Assembly (NCBI GenBank): GCA_964036045.1
Contig: OZ038378.1
Span: forward strand, 8,680,001 to 8,744,000
DNA from: Eutreptiella sp. 'Long Island Sound 2002'
Lineage: Eukaryota > Protista > Euglenida
Direction: 5' to 3'
DNA length: 64,000 bases
Shown: in pieces, positions 35,656-45,890 of the stretch
Position numbering within the stretch: the first letter of the stretch is position 1
Layout: each line of letters starts with the position of its first letter
Notes under the pieces: generated by a model
What the model was told of the DNA's origin: nothing
Database searches by the model: none
Seen by the model: the letters and a program-made list of their open reading frames with translations, nothing else
Made by a program: the position numbers and the translations under genes

Positions 35656-37386
35656 CTATAGAGTCTGAAGGTGCTGCATGTCGGTTAGAAGCCGTCTTCT
35701 TGTGCGGCTTGCATACGGGTGTACACTTATGGGCCCTTGCCCATGTTGAGCCCTTTTGGTCGCATCCCACCCATGCAACCAAAGGCTATCGTCAATGGTG
35801 TGGTTGTCCACAACCACTTGCACCCCTAGTCTCCCCCGGAGGAGGCTTAGGCCCCCGCTGTTGCGCAACATGCGCTTCAGCCTCCGGTGACTTCCCTCCA
35901 TGGCAAAGCAGGAGAACTTTGACAAGATTCTCCACTTCTTTGCAAAATAATACATGTGGTCGATCCAAAGATGCGTCCACAGAAGTTTGCCCCACTGGAG
36001 CTCATTGTGGGCAGCGCCCATGGCTATGCTATGGTTCCGGAGCCGCCCCAAGTCGGCCCCGAAGAACCATGCGGAACACCACGCGTATACACACATGCTT
36101 GCAAAATTCTCCCACCACGTTTTGCACACCAACTCCCAACTTTTTCCCCCTACTTGATGCTGCCTGACACTAGGCTGCTGTAGGCAAGCATCTATCATCT
36201 TCTCCCAACCCCTATTGCGCATGAAATGGATGGCAGCAGCACACTCCATCCTCACCTTCCCCTTGCTGTTTGCCTTGTCATTATTTAATGAGGCACGGGT
36301 GCAAGTTCGTGCAGCAAGCCGTGCCTCATCTAGAACCGGTTGCAGCATGGTGCGTGCCACAGTGGCCGGTGCCTTCCCTGTCAATTGTACAACTAGGTCC
36401 CGTGTCCCGTTGACTGCACACAACAGGACACGAAGGACCCCATGGAGGCCATAATCAGGCACTCGCCTATCACTCGTAATGGTCCTATATATAGCATTTA
36501 TGGCAACGGCCGGTTCCCAGTTGCCGTCTATCGCACTTGCTGTGCCAAAGGTAGCAAGGCACAGAGCACGGTTACGCATGCAGACCCAACACACAGTGGC
36601 ACCAGGGGATTCTGCCTTCCAGTTTTGGCAGCCCGCCATGAGCACCTGTGCCTTACCATCTGCACACAGAAAAAAAAGGGACTGCCTATCGTTCCCTGCC
36701 GTATCCTTAAAACTTACGGTTGCGGCCTTGCGCAACTCATCATCAAAATCAATTTCCTGGGAGGCCGCGTAGAGGGTCTCCCACTTTTCACTGCCCCCTA
36801 GTAGCCACCAACTAGATAGTTGGTTGGGGCTGGCGGTGCCACCAAGCGTGCAATGGACGTACGAGGCCTCATGCCTCGATGTACCGTCCACCGCAATAGG
36901 CAACCAATGCAGCCGTCTGTCCCCGGGCTGCATGATGGCCGAGGGTGGGGGTGGTCGACACTTGAATAGGTGGCCGATGCGGTCAGGTAGGTAGCAGGCC
37001 GCACCATTGATGACCGTGTCGTCACCCGTATAGGCAGTGAACGCCCGGGACACCGGCAACGCTAGCTGCCGAAGCATGCCGTACACCTGGTCCCATACCA
37101 CACCGTACGTCATGCTCCCCACTAGGTACCGGGACTCTGTCCTAGAGAGGTGCAATGACCGGATCCTCCACACGGCCATAATCAACCTCTCCTCCTGGGT
37201 GGGCTCGGGCTGGACAGTGGCTACAATTCTTGTTTCGGGGGTAAGCACTATTTGCCCCGTGTCGGGCAGGTACTTGACGGTGTAGGGTGCTGCAAGCTCC
37301 TTGGTAACAACCTCGCGGAGCTCTTGTAGGCGCCGCCGTCGTGTACGATCCGCTACCAGATGGAATGGCTCCTTGGGCCGTGGCAT
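35656..37386 (-). CDS. RAG1/Transib-like DDE transposase, 576 aa, apparently intact
   Basis: PRPKEPFHLVADRTRRRRLQEL (NBD-like), IAVDG (D1), FFLCADGK (D2), CWVC, PDYGLH, THLWIDH (H-x4-H) and FSCFAMEGSHRRLKR (E), in the order of RAG1 D600/D708/C727/C730/H937/H942/E962. Confidence 0.85.
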   Translation of the reverse strand: MPRPKEPFHLVADRTRRRRLQELREVVTKELAAPYTVKYLPDTGQIVLTPETRIVATVQPEPTQEERLIMAVWRIRSLHLSRTESRYLVGSMTYGVVWDQVYGMLRQLALPVSRAFTAYTGDDTVINGAACYLPDRIGHLFKCRPPPPSAIMQPGDRRLHWLPIAVDGTSRHEASYVHCTLGGTASPNQLSSWWLLGGSEKWETLYAASQEIDFDDELRKAATVSFKDTAGNDRQSLFFLCADGKAQVLMAGCQNWKAESPGATVCWVCMRNRALCLATFGTASAIDGNWEPAVAINAIYRTITSDRRVPDYGLHGVLRVLLCAVNGTRDLVVQLTGKAPATVARTMLQPVLDEARLAARTCTRASLNNDKANSKGKVRMECAAAIHFMRNRGWEKMIDACLQQPSVRQHQVGGKSWELVCKTWWENFASMCVYAWCSAWFFGADLGRLRNHSIAMGAAHNELQWGKLLWTHLWIDHMYYFAKKWRILSKFSCFAMEGSHRRLKRMLRNSGGLSLLRGRLGVQVVVDNHTIDDSLWLHGWDATKRAQHGQGPISVHPYASRTRRRLLTDMQHLQTL

Positions 37387-37505
37387 GGTGTGAGATACAG
37401 GACCTGTTGAATGGGCAGGCAGTCATCGCAAAGTTTCTACCATCCCCCTCCCGCAGACAACTCTCTCTACTGTGATTCGCATGCAATTAAAAGAAATTCA
37501 CATAG

Positions 37506-37750
37506 ATTCGCACGAAATTCGTACGAAATTCGTACGAATTTCGTGCGAATTTCACGTGAATAGAAATGTGTGAATATTCTGAAAATGTGAAATTCGTACG
37601 AAATTCGTACGAAATTCGTACGAATTTCGTACGAATTTCGTGCGAATTTCACGTGAATAGAAATGTGTGAATATTCTGAAAATGTGAAATTCGTACGAAA
37701 TTCCTACGAATTTCGTACGAATTTCGTACAAATTCGTGCGAGTTTCACAT
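37506..37750. repeat. Palindrome array 2 (upstream of the transposase)
   Basis: Same motifs, with internal higher-order duplication; ends ~120 bp 5' of the ATG at 37386. Confidence 0.9.
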
Positions 37751-38124
37751 GACTGTCACAGAATTTCTGCCAAAGCCTCATCCTTCTGCCCTCGTTGACC
37801 CTCACAAAGCAAGCTCAGGATGGTGCTCATGGGCTATCACACACCCAGTCCAGTGGCTGTCATTCCGCTCGTCACTCAGCCAGCAGTGTAACACGTCAGG
37901 GGGCATAGCATATCCCAAATAAAATACAAACAGTTCCGCAGAAAAAATCGCAAACAGGTCAGGGGGCACACCGTACCCCAATTAATGTACAAACAGTGCT
38001 GCAGAAAATTTCGCACAGTGGGGGGGGGGTACCCCACATATCGGTCAAACTGCCCATGCTTGGGGGGGGGGGGGGCAGGATAACATTCGTCGTGGTTAGA
38101 AAGGACAGGTGCTCCGGAGGGTAC

Positions 38125-38943
38125 CTACGCACCCCCCCCCCCCGGGAGCAGAGCTCCGGGGCGCCCTTTCCGCTTGCACGTGGGGGGGGGTCCGTCCTCC
38201 TCGACGTCAATGACGTCAACCACCACCCCCATCTTCCGCTGCCTCCCCACATGGACGCGCATGGCAAGCCATGCCACGTCCACCCACTCCGGCCTCCGCT
38301 GCTCCCAACCCGTGAGCACATTCAGCCCAAAAACCCGAGCCGTCGTCACCGTCCCCGCCTCCCCGATCCGCGCCACCCCCGTCTGCACCCGCCAGTGCCC
38401 ACTCACAAGCCGGTAGGCAAACATGCCCACCAGCTCCTTCCCCGCAGGCAGGTTGGACCCCCCCCGGACCACAATGGGGCAGGGGAAGGAGATGCGGAGG
38501 GTGCCCTGCACCCCCCGCGACTCCAACTCCATGTCCCACACGGCACTGAGATGCCGCTGCCGCCCATCGGGCCCGGGCGGCACCTGCTGGGTCCAGGCCG
38601 GATCCGGCTGCCTGGCGGCCAGGGTGACCCGGTCCAGGGGGGGGTCGTTGTGGGCGTCGCCCAACTCGTCGCGGGACGGCTGGGGCACCACCACCTCGCG
38701 CACCACATGCCCCCTGGCGGTGCTAGCCTCGCTGCCTCCCGAACGTCGAGAGCGCTGCGACCCCTCACTGCGCACACTGCCGGCCTCGCTTGGTGCCCGT
38801 CCACCGCCGGTGCCTGCGGGCTGGTCGCCACCGGGGCCTTCGGCGGGCTCGGCGTGCTCCTCGGGCAATCGAGGCCGGGGCTTGTACTTGCGCTTGCTGT
38901 GGTGCCGAATATCCGGCGACCAAGCGGTGAACGGGACCTGCAT
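38125..38943 (-). CDS. Transposon cargo gene 1, hypothetical protein (~272 aa)
   Basis: Open GC-rich frame from ATG 38943 (MQVPFTAWSP..). A disordered N-half precedes a beta-rich globular-looking C-half (LSAVWDMELESRGVQGTLRISFPCP..WRVQTGVARI). No family recognised. Confidence 0.6.
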   Translation of the reverse strand: MQVPFTAWSPDIRHHSKRKYKPRPRLPEEHAEPAEGPGGDQPAGTGGGRAPSEAGSVRSEGSQRSRRSGGSEASTARGHVVREVVVPQPSRDELGDAHNDPPLDRVTLAARQPDPAWTQQVPPGPDGRQRHLSAVWDMELESRGVQGTLRISFPCPIVVRGGSNLPAGKELVGMFAYRLVSGHWRVQTGVARIGEAGTVTTARVFGLNVLTGWEQRRPEWVDVAWLAMRVHVGRQRKMGVVVDVIDVEEDGPPPTCKRKGRPGALLPGGGGA

Positions 38944-39029
38944 GCAGATGTGGGGAGGTGTGCAAGGCACAAATTGAGAAAGGGGGAGTGGACACGAGGC
39001 AATGCAAGAGCAAAAGGAGCAAATTGGAC

Positions 39030-39170
39030 GGAATTCACAGAAATTCGTACGAAATTCGTACGAATTTCGTACGAATTTCACATTTCGAGAAAATTCACAC
39101 AAACTTATTCACGTGAAATTCGTACGAAATTCGTACGAATTTCGTACGAATTTCACGTGAATTTCGTCCA
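39030..39170. repeat. Palindrome array 3 (upstream of cargo gene 1)
   Basis: Same GAAATTCGTACGAATTT motifs; ends ~90 bp 5' of the ATG at 38943. Confidence 0.9.
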
Positions 39171-39174
39171 ATTT

Positions 39175-41123
39175 GCCAATACACAAAGCAAACACACAAG
39201 CAAGCACACCTTGCACTCGCATGGGCAGGTGATGCTCCATGCCCCGGTCCTCGCGCACTTGGGCAACCGCCACGCCACGCTGGGACCGTGCTCACCAGGT
39301 GCCACAGCGTGGTCGGCCGACCCGGGGGGGCAATGCCGGACAAGGCGAAGTGGATCTCCGACTCCGCGTCGACATCGCCCCCCTTGGCGACCTCCAGCTG
39401 GTGCACGCTGCCCACGAAGAACAGCATGCACTGGGGGCCGACCTCGATGACGGCGAGGTCGGAGGCCGGGGCCGACCGGCAGATGAAGGTGGGGTGGAAG
39501 GGGCAGGTGGGGGGGCCTGCCGGGAGCGTCTGGGGGGGGTCGGCGAAGAGGGCCTCCCACAACCCCACCCTCCCAACCGCCCCCTTCCCCACCCACAACA
39601 CCTGGGGCACGCTGGGGAGGTCCCAGCTGGACAAATCCCCAGCAACGTCCAGGGCCTCCTTGGGGGGGGTGGCGTCCAAGTGTGTGGCGTTGGCCTGGTG
39701 GTGTTTGTGTCGGGGGTCGGGGGTCCACAGGTTAAAAAGAGCCCCCTGCAGCCCATCCTTGGAGTCCGGGAGGGCAGGCAATCCATGATGGCGGCTGGTG
39801 GCCACCATCAGCAGCATGTCCCCCCGATGCAGCTCAACGGTGTCCCAGCGCGCCTCCCCCGCCTCCCCAAGGGCCGTCCCCGCCTGCACCGCCACCTGGT
39901 AGTCCTCTGACAAGCAGAGGAAGCTACTCAGGTGGCTGTCCCCCACCTCCCTGTCGCTGGGGGGGAGGACCTCGGGGTGGGTGGCCAAGTCGGTGTGGGG
40001 GAGCTGCGGCCCACTCCCCACACTGGCCACAATGACGTTGCCCGGCGTCATTGGGTGGAGGTCCCCAACCCCAGGGACACTTTCGGTGAGGTGGGGGTGG
40101 AACTTCTTGAAGAGAGGCCCCCCCACCCCGACCCCAAGGTGCTCTTGCGCTTTGCCACCGGCGGGGGAGCGCAGGATCCTTGGCCTGCTCCTCACTCCGC
40201 GCGGCGTTGAAAAGGAGCTCAAAATTCTTTGCGACGACTTTTTCGTCGCCGCTGCCCCACGCCTTCATCACCTTGTTCCACCCCACCTCACAATCCCGTG
40301 CCTCCACAAGCCCCCGAAGCACAATGTAGCCGTTCCCATCAACAAAGTTGAGGGGCGGCTGAGAGGGGCCAACCCTGTCGGGGGCGGGGTCAGGGCTGCC
40401 CGTCACCCCATGAGGGGGGTCGGGAAGGGGTTCGGTGCGGAGGGGGGGTTCACTCGAAATGAAGGGGGGGGCGCATGAGGCACCACGGTGCCATTGCAAA
40501 GAAGTTGTGCTATAGAAGGTGGGGTGGGTGACGTCGGGGACGTGCACCTGGGGGGGGGGGGTTGTGGGATGGAAAGGGGCGACGCCCAAATCATCCCACC
40601 ACCGGGGGTTGGCAAGATGCCAAGAAAAGGGGAAAAAAGAGTGGTCTGCTGGTGCACCTGCAGCAAGATCGTGCATGCACACCATATCGCAGTGGGGGGG
40701 GGTGTGGACGAGGTTAGTGGTGGGGTACACCTGGACGTGGGCGTCCTTAGGCTTCCCCACAGGGTTGTTCCTCATCGAGTTGAGGAGCTGGTCAACACTG
40801 GAGGGGAGAGGGGTTAGATGGAGAAATTTGAGGGTGGGGAGTTGGTGGCGCAGTTCCCTCCACAGGGTTGTGGCCCATCCCCTCCCCCCGAGGTAGCTGT
40901 TGCGGGTGGGGCTGCGCATGTCGATGTGGATGACATCGGGGGAGGGGTCGAGGGAGGCTGTCCAGCCCACGATGTCATCCACCCCCAGTGCCTCCGACTC
41001 GTACGTTGCCTCCTCCAATTGATGGTGGGCAACGGGGAGCGCTTGGTAGTGGGCGAGGGTGTCGGCTGCGGGGTCGGGGCGCGAGGCCACGCTGGCGAGT
41101 TGAGACATAGTCTGCTGCGACAT
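39175..41123 (-). pseudogene. Transposon cargo gene 2: GNAT-like N-terminus + PhyH-like 2OG-Fe(II) dioxygenase, one frameshift at ~40152
   Basis: ORF 39924..41165 has VIHID..YLGGRGWATTLW (GNAT motif A-like) and DGNGYIVLRGLV..FELLFN..RRWQ. ORF 39095..40222 continues with GPQLPHTD (HxD)..SSFLCL..LHRGDMLLM..RHHG (distal His). Deleting one A from the caaagcg run joins them. The 3' end is uncertain. Confidence 0.72.
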
Positions 41124-41194
41124 TGTTAAAAGAGAAGAACGCGAGGGCTTTGAGAGCTGTAACAAAGCGAAAGAGTGGAAAGGAGGGTAAATTA

Positions 41195-41330
41195 GTACGA
41201 AATTCGTACGAATTTGGTACGAATTCGTACGAATTTCGTGCGAATTTCACATTCTCGTGAATCTGTGAATCTAGCGTGAATTTCTGCGTGAAATTAGGTG
41301 CGTGAATTTCACATTCACGCGAATCTCACC
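41195..41330. repeat. Palindrome array 4 (upstream of cargo gene 2)
   Basis: Same motifs; ends ~70 bp 5' of the ATG at 41123. Confidence 0.9.
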
Positions 41331-41518
41331 AAATGTGTTAAACCATGCGGGGACTTTAAACCTCTAAATTGCACCTATTTGTTGCATCTTACTTTGGGCG
41401 AAGGTAGCACGACAAAAGCACACGATAGCACCAAGTTACGAGCAAAACACAGCAAAATTGGGTGAAATTCACGGTACCGTGAATCTCGGATTCAAACGGC
41501 CGGTTCACGAAGGGTACA

Positions 41519-42173
41519 CACAGCTCTGGACTTGTAGGTCAGGCAGCTTTCGGCGAACCCTTGTGCTCAGCGCTTGCATCTCAGCCTCCGATTGGAGTCC
41601 TCCCACCGTACATTCTCGTAAGTGGCTCTGCGGCCATTCCAGTACCCATTCATCGTCTTCAATGAGGTCTAGCAGTGTGTTAATGTCTTTTTCCGTGATA
41701 TCATTTCTCGTGTTTGATTTGATTCGGATCATCCAGCGGCCCGCTTTCTGCTTCGCGTCCATGGCTTTCGCCTCCGCCGCCCGTTCCGACTTGTCTTGCT
41801 TGGGGTTCTCGTTGCGGTACTCACTCCACTTCTCCAGGACATCATTAATGTCGAAGTCTGGATCACTCTTTTTGGGGCATTCTGATACGAAGTGAGGTCC
41901 CCCACAGTAGAAGCACTTGACAGATTTTTGTGGTCACTTTCTCTTGATTTTGTCGCCGTATGTGGGGCAATCATAGACTCTGTGGCCAATTTCTCCACAA
42001 CCAAAGCATTTGATCCCTCGCTGTCTGTTGCCTTCCTCTGGTTTCGCTTTTTCGCTTTTGCGTTTACCTTTGCATTGTTGCGTGCTGTGTCCGCACCATC
42101 CATGGTCAGGGTGAGCACACCATTTCGCACCAGAATAGGGCGCTTTTCCACGCGGCTTGTCATCGTCAGACAT
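41519..42173 (-). CDS. PLE-A ORF1, 5' half, Gag-like zinc knuckles (one in-frame TGA at 41934-41936)
   Basis: CFGCGEIGHRVYDC (CX2CX4HX4C), then aag TGA cca caa aaa tct gtc aag in the same frame into CFYCGGPHFVSEC, continuing in frame into ORF 41505..41762. Confidence 0.8.
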
Positions 42174-42439
42174 GTCGATGTGTATGCTGTGAGTTGTTCG
42201 TGGGCTCCGCTGCGCGCAAGGGCACAGAAAATGCTATACAGAGATCAGAGGAATGCGGTTATGTGCGGTAATCGCTATGTTCGTGTATCAGTCGCACCCA
42301 ATTTGGACCAAGTCCTTCACAATGTTTTTCCACTCTGTTTTTCCACTCTGTTGTAATTGCACCAGTACTTAGAGATATCAAGAGTACTCTTCTCGGCGTC
42401 CGTGTAAATCACGATTTACCGCACCAGTACTCCGATTTC

Positions 42440-43328
42440 AGCAACTACTCGCGTCTTGTTTGTCTGCAAAACCCAGTGTCCTCTTCAATGGCACACAAGC
42501 ACAGCACAAAGCGCCTGGAAGGCCATAGGATCCATTTTCTCTGCGGTGAAACAGTGCAGGATCAACTTTCAGTACACCGGGGTCACTGCTGTGAACTCTG
42601 CCCTGCTGTGTGGTGCAGTGCTGGTTCAGTGCAAGTGGGCAAACAGCAAAATCGGTCTGCAGAATGTGACTGTGCACTGTGGTGCTGTGTCTCAGTCTGT
42701 CATTGTATGCATGCACACAATTCGACTCTCACTTCATTGTTACGTGCTTGGTGACAGTCCCCACTTTCGCAAGCTTTTGTGTAGCAGGGGTGTCCACCAG
42801 GAGTGTGGGTAACCTTTGATAGCCAAGTCGGCGGTGATGAGGTTGACATTCTGTTGTGCATCTGCCCTAGTGTCTCTATAATATCCTGAATTTTTTGCCA
42901 GTGTGGGTACGAGGGATTTTAGCGTCCCTTTGGCCTTTGGTGCATGGGCATCAGGATAGCGCATGAGGAACTGGTGTGGGGCTGTGTGTTTGAGGCTTTT
43001 GTCTGCCAAGCGGAGACACACACGGGGTGGATGATGGGCTGGGTTTTGGGGCTCCATAGTCATGTCTCCCTACAGGGTGATCCAGTGGTCACCCCCCCCC
43101 TCCCATTGGAGGTCCAGGTTGTAGATACCTTCAAACGTCGCTTGCAGCAAATCTACTGGGGTGTCAGCAAACATAATGCCATTTATGTTATCTCGGAATC
43201 GCCCCGGTGTGGCAGGTAGGTGACATGGATGTGTGGTGAGTGGGGCTGCAGGTGCAAAGGGTAAATACAGTGGAAAATACAGGTGCTCACTGAGCATGCA
43301 TTTGGCACTGGCCAGCTGTGAGGAGCAG
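42440..43328 (-). repeat. PLE-A 5' pseudo-LTR (5'-truncated tandem copy)
   Basis: Direct repeat of 29831-30719, including the RT 3' end (RFRDN). Confidence 0.95.
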
Positions 43329-44120
43329 AGCGAGCTGTGTGTGTATGTATGTGGGTATGTTCCCCAGGGCCATATAGGCATTATCCATATACCTGGTTTG
43401 CATCACCTCAGAGACATCAGTCGCAGGGCCCTGCACCTGTACATCTGCCATGTGGCATCTGACACTGTCAAAGTGCAAAAAATAATTGCGCAAGAACGCA
43501 TGCTGTGTGCGTGGGCTGCGATGTATGATTTGTCCTACGCGCCCCTCGGGGGTGCGAGTCCCACAGCCCCATCGCTGTGAAGACCACCTGTGTGTCACCG
43601 AATGTGACGTGCAGTAGAAGACGTTTGTTCGGATGGAACCACCCACGCATACCTTCCGTGTACAGGACCTGTTTGTTCTGTGGTACATATGCAGGATCAG
43701 GGAACGTGAGCACAAGGCCTGGCTTTATCGCAGGGGTAGGCAGGTGCTTCGGCCAGGTTTTTTGTACCTTCCTAATCAGAAGTTCTTTTTTCGAGTCCTC
43801 CAGAAAAATCATCTCCTGTGTGAGTGCCCAGATGCACATTAACTGTGCACTCAGGTATCCACCAATGGGCACCCCTTGCTTGGCCTGTTGCATTACAACC
43901 CCCCACAGAGCGAACAGTGTGTTATCCTGCAGGTCCCAGTCCACAAAGTCCAGGACGTTATCGATAGTAAAAACACGGAAGTTCCTATCCGCCGCGTGTC
44001 CTATCCTGTCCAACATGCGCAGACCTCCCTTCGCAATGGAAAAGTAAAAAGTGTTGTGCATTCGCCGATATGTCATGCCTTTACCGTCGCAGCCGCCTTG
44101 CGCACAGCGTGTGCCACTTT
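43329..44120 (-). pseudogene. Fragment of a second, diverged PLE RT family (PLE-B)
   Basis: LDRIG..FTIDNVLDFVDWDL..QGVPIGGYLSAQL (ORF 43468..44076) parallels PLE-A LDRIG..IHQVLRYVYFDI..GLAIGGPCSSQL. RYMDN follows in ORF 43287..43715 after a frameshift. Confidence 0.8.
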
Positions 44121-44560
44121 CTTTTTGTTTATGTTTGTTTGTTTTTGTTTATGTTCGTTTGTTTTTGTTTGTTTGCTCAACACCCGCACATGCCCCGCTC
44201 CCTCCCTCCCTTTCATAGAGCCGTGGACTGCTGTCAGTGGGAAATGCACATTCACGTTGATAAGGATGCCAATTTGCCAATTTACAACTACTCCAGCAGG
44301 CAAACAAGCACCAACTCCTCGGCCAAAATCATTGAGCATCGTAGGGTCTGAAATGGGGTGCATAGAATGCATTCATTGCAAACAATGTACACACACATAC
44401 ATGCTTTTGTGTACACACACTTGTGGAAATTTTTTGTGTATGTTGTCACTCCTATTTCTCCCCATCCCTTTCGTGGTGTTGCCAAAAAAACTGCTAGTAT
44501 CATTTGCTGATAAGAAGGACCATGCACCGTGCACGCACTATCCATGAAGCTTGGGAGCTT

Positions 44561-45712
44561 AAAAATGGGTTAACAGCCCCCTTTTTTTTGGTAAAAAAAC
44601 GGGTTGTCCGTCCCCAGCCATACAACCCGTTTTTTTACCAAAAAAAAACGGGCTGTCTCTGGACAGCCTTTTTTTTTACCAAAAAAAAAACGGGTTGTCT
44701 CTTGAGGAAGTGGATGGTGTGGAGTCACTGAAGTTTCACTTAGGAACGATGAAAAACATGCAAGGCACGCTGATGAATGTGGGCAATGAACCGTACAGTG
44801 AGACTATTTTCCCTTCCGACAAGCGCTTTTGTGCCACTGAAGCCTACGAGAGGCAGCTTGCATTGTTGCCTCAAAAGGGCAATGTCCCTCTTTTCCGTCG
44901 TATCAAATTCCACCAAATCCAGCTTGGCCTTGAACATGGTACCACGGAATCTTGCCAGGGCGCTGCTGATTGGGCCTCTAAGGTACTTAAACGCAAATTG
45001 GTGTTCAAGGACTTGGCTCGACGTGCAGCCATGACTAAAGCTGCTAACTCAGGGTTGCCATTGCCCGGGACTTCTAAGTATCTTAAAGTAAGGCCCAAGA
45101 CAATGATGGTGTATCACCAAGCATCAAGGGACACTGCTCACAAAGTGGCAGGCATCTTGAGTGGACATGCTCCAGCCTCTAAGCCCGCGGCACCTGGCCT
45201 CTTGGACGAGGACTTTCCTTTGGAAAGCACCTCGCTCGGCATCCCCGAGAATAATGCTGAGGTTGTTGCTGCTGTTGTGGCATCCCCTGCTCAAGATGTT
45301 CCTCACGTGCCCGAACAGGTAGCCCCCATTGCACCTGTGGATGTTCCTCACGTGCCCGAACAGGTAGCCCCCATTGCACCTCTGGCAGATTTGAGCCCAG
45401 GAAAGGTTAGTGTGACCTCCTCGCAATCGGCTTGCTCGGTGGATTTGCTTGCTGATTGTAAGAGTGCGTTCAAAGGGTGCTTTGCTGGGCAATGGGGACC
45501 CACACCGGACACTTGGGTGGTTGTTGGCTGGACAACCCGTTTTTTCACGAAAAAAAAACGGGCTGTCCCCCGGCGTTGGCCGGACAACCCGTTTTTTTAC
45601 CAAAAAAAAAAACGGGCTGTAAAACCCTTTTTAAAAAAAAACGGGCTATTAACCCGCTTCGCTGACTACAGCCCGTTTTTTTTGGTAAAAAAACGGGTTA
45701 ATAGCCCGTTTT
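44561..45712 (+). mobile_element. Module bounded by CCCGTTTTTTT-NNN-AAAAAAACGGG hairpin arrays, containing an unknown ORF (44695..45720)
   Basis: Hairpin-unit arrays at 44561-44700 and 45531-45712 flank a 341-aa frame with an internal 45-bp duplication (DVPHVPEQVAPIAP x2). Mobility is inferred. Confidence 0.5.
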
Positions 45713-45890
45713 CCTTATAAAAAAATGATCCCACAGGGGCATGCACACAGCTCAGCACCCTATCTGATCCCTCCCCCTGGCCCCCTTGCTACACTCCCAT
45801 ATAGTAGCAGGGTATAGTAGCATATAGTGCCGTTTCCTGCACTTTGTGCAAAACTGCTGCCTAGATTGCCGTTTCCTGCGAAATGGGCAT

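Larger units (their letters stand above)
35182..41518 (-). mobile_element. 6.3-kb RAG1-like DNA transposon with cargo genes
   Basis: Perfect 16-bp TIR TGTACCCTTCGTGAAC (35182-35197 and 41503-41518) followed by similar GGCCGTTTGAAT..GTGAATTT subterminal sequence. CA duplicated at 35180-35181 and 41519-41520. The empty site restores the host ORF. Confidence 0.9.
29831..43328 (-). mobile_element. Penelope-like retroelement with N-terminal GIY-YIG (Chlamys/Naiad-type architecture), pseudo-LTRs and Gag-like ORF1 (PLE-A)
   Basis: 889-bp near-identical direct repeats at 29831-30719 and 42440-43328 flank ORF1 and an EN-RT ORF. The element contains a 6.3-kb DNA transposon insertion. Confidence 0.85.

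Noticed and set aside
35441-41330. CRISPR-like repeat arrays
   Set aside because: No constant repeat with unique spacers and no cas genes; the context is eukaryotic.
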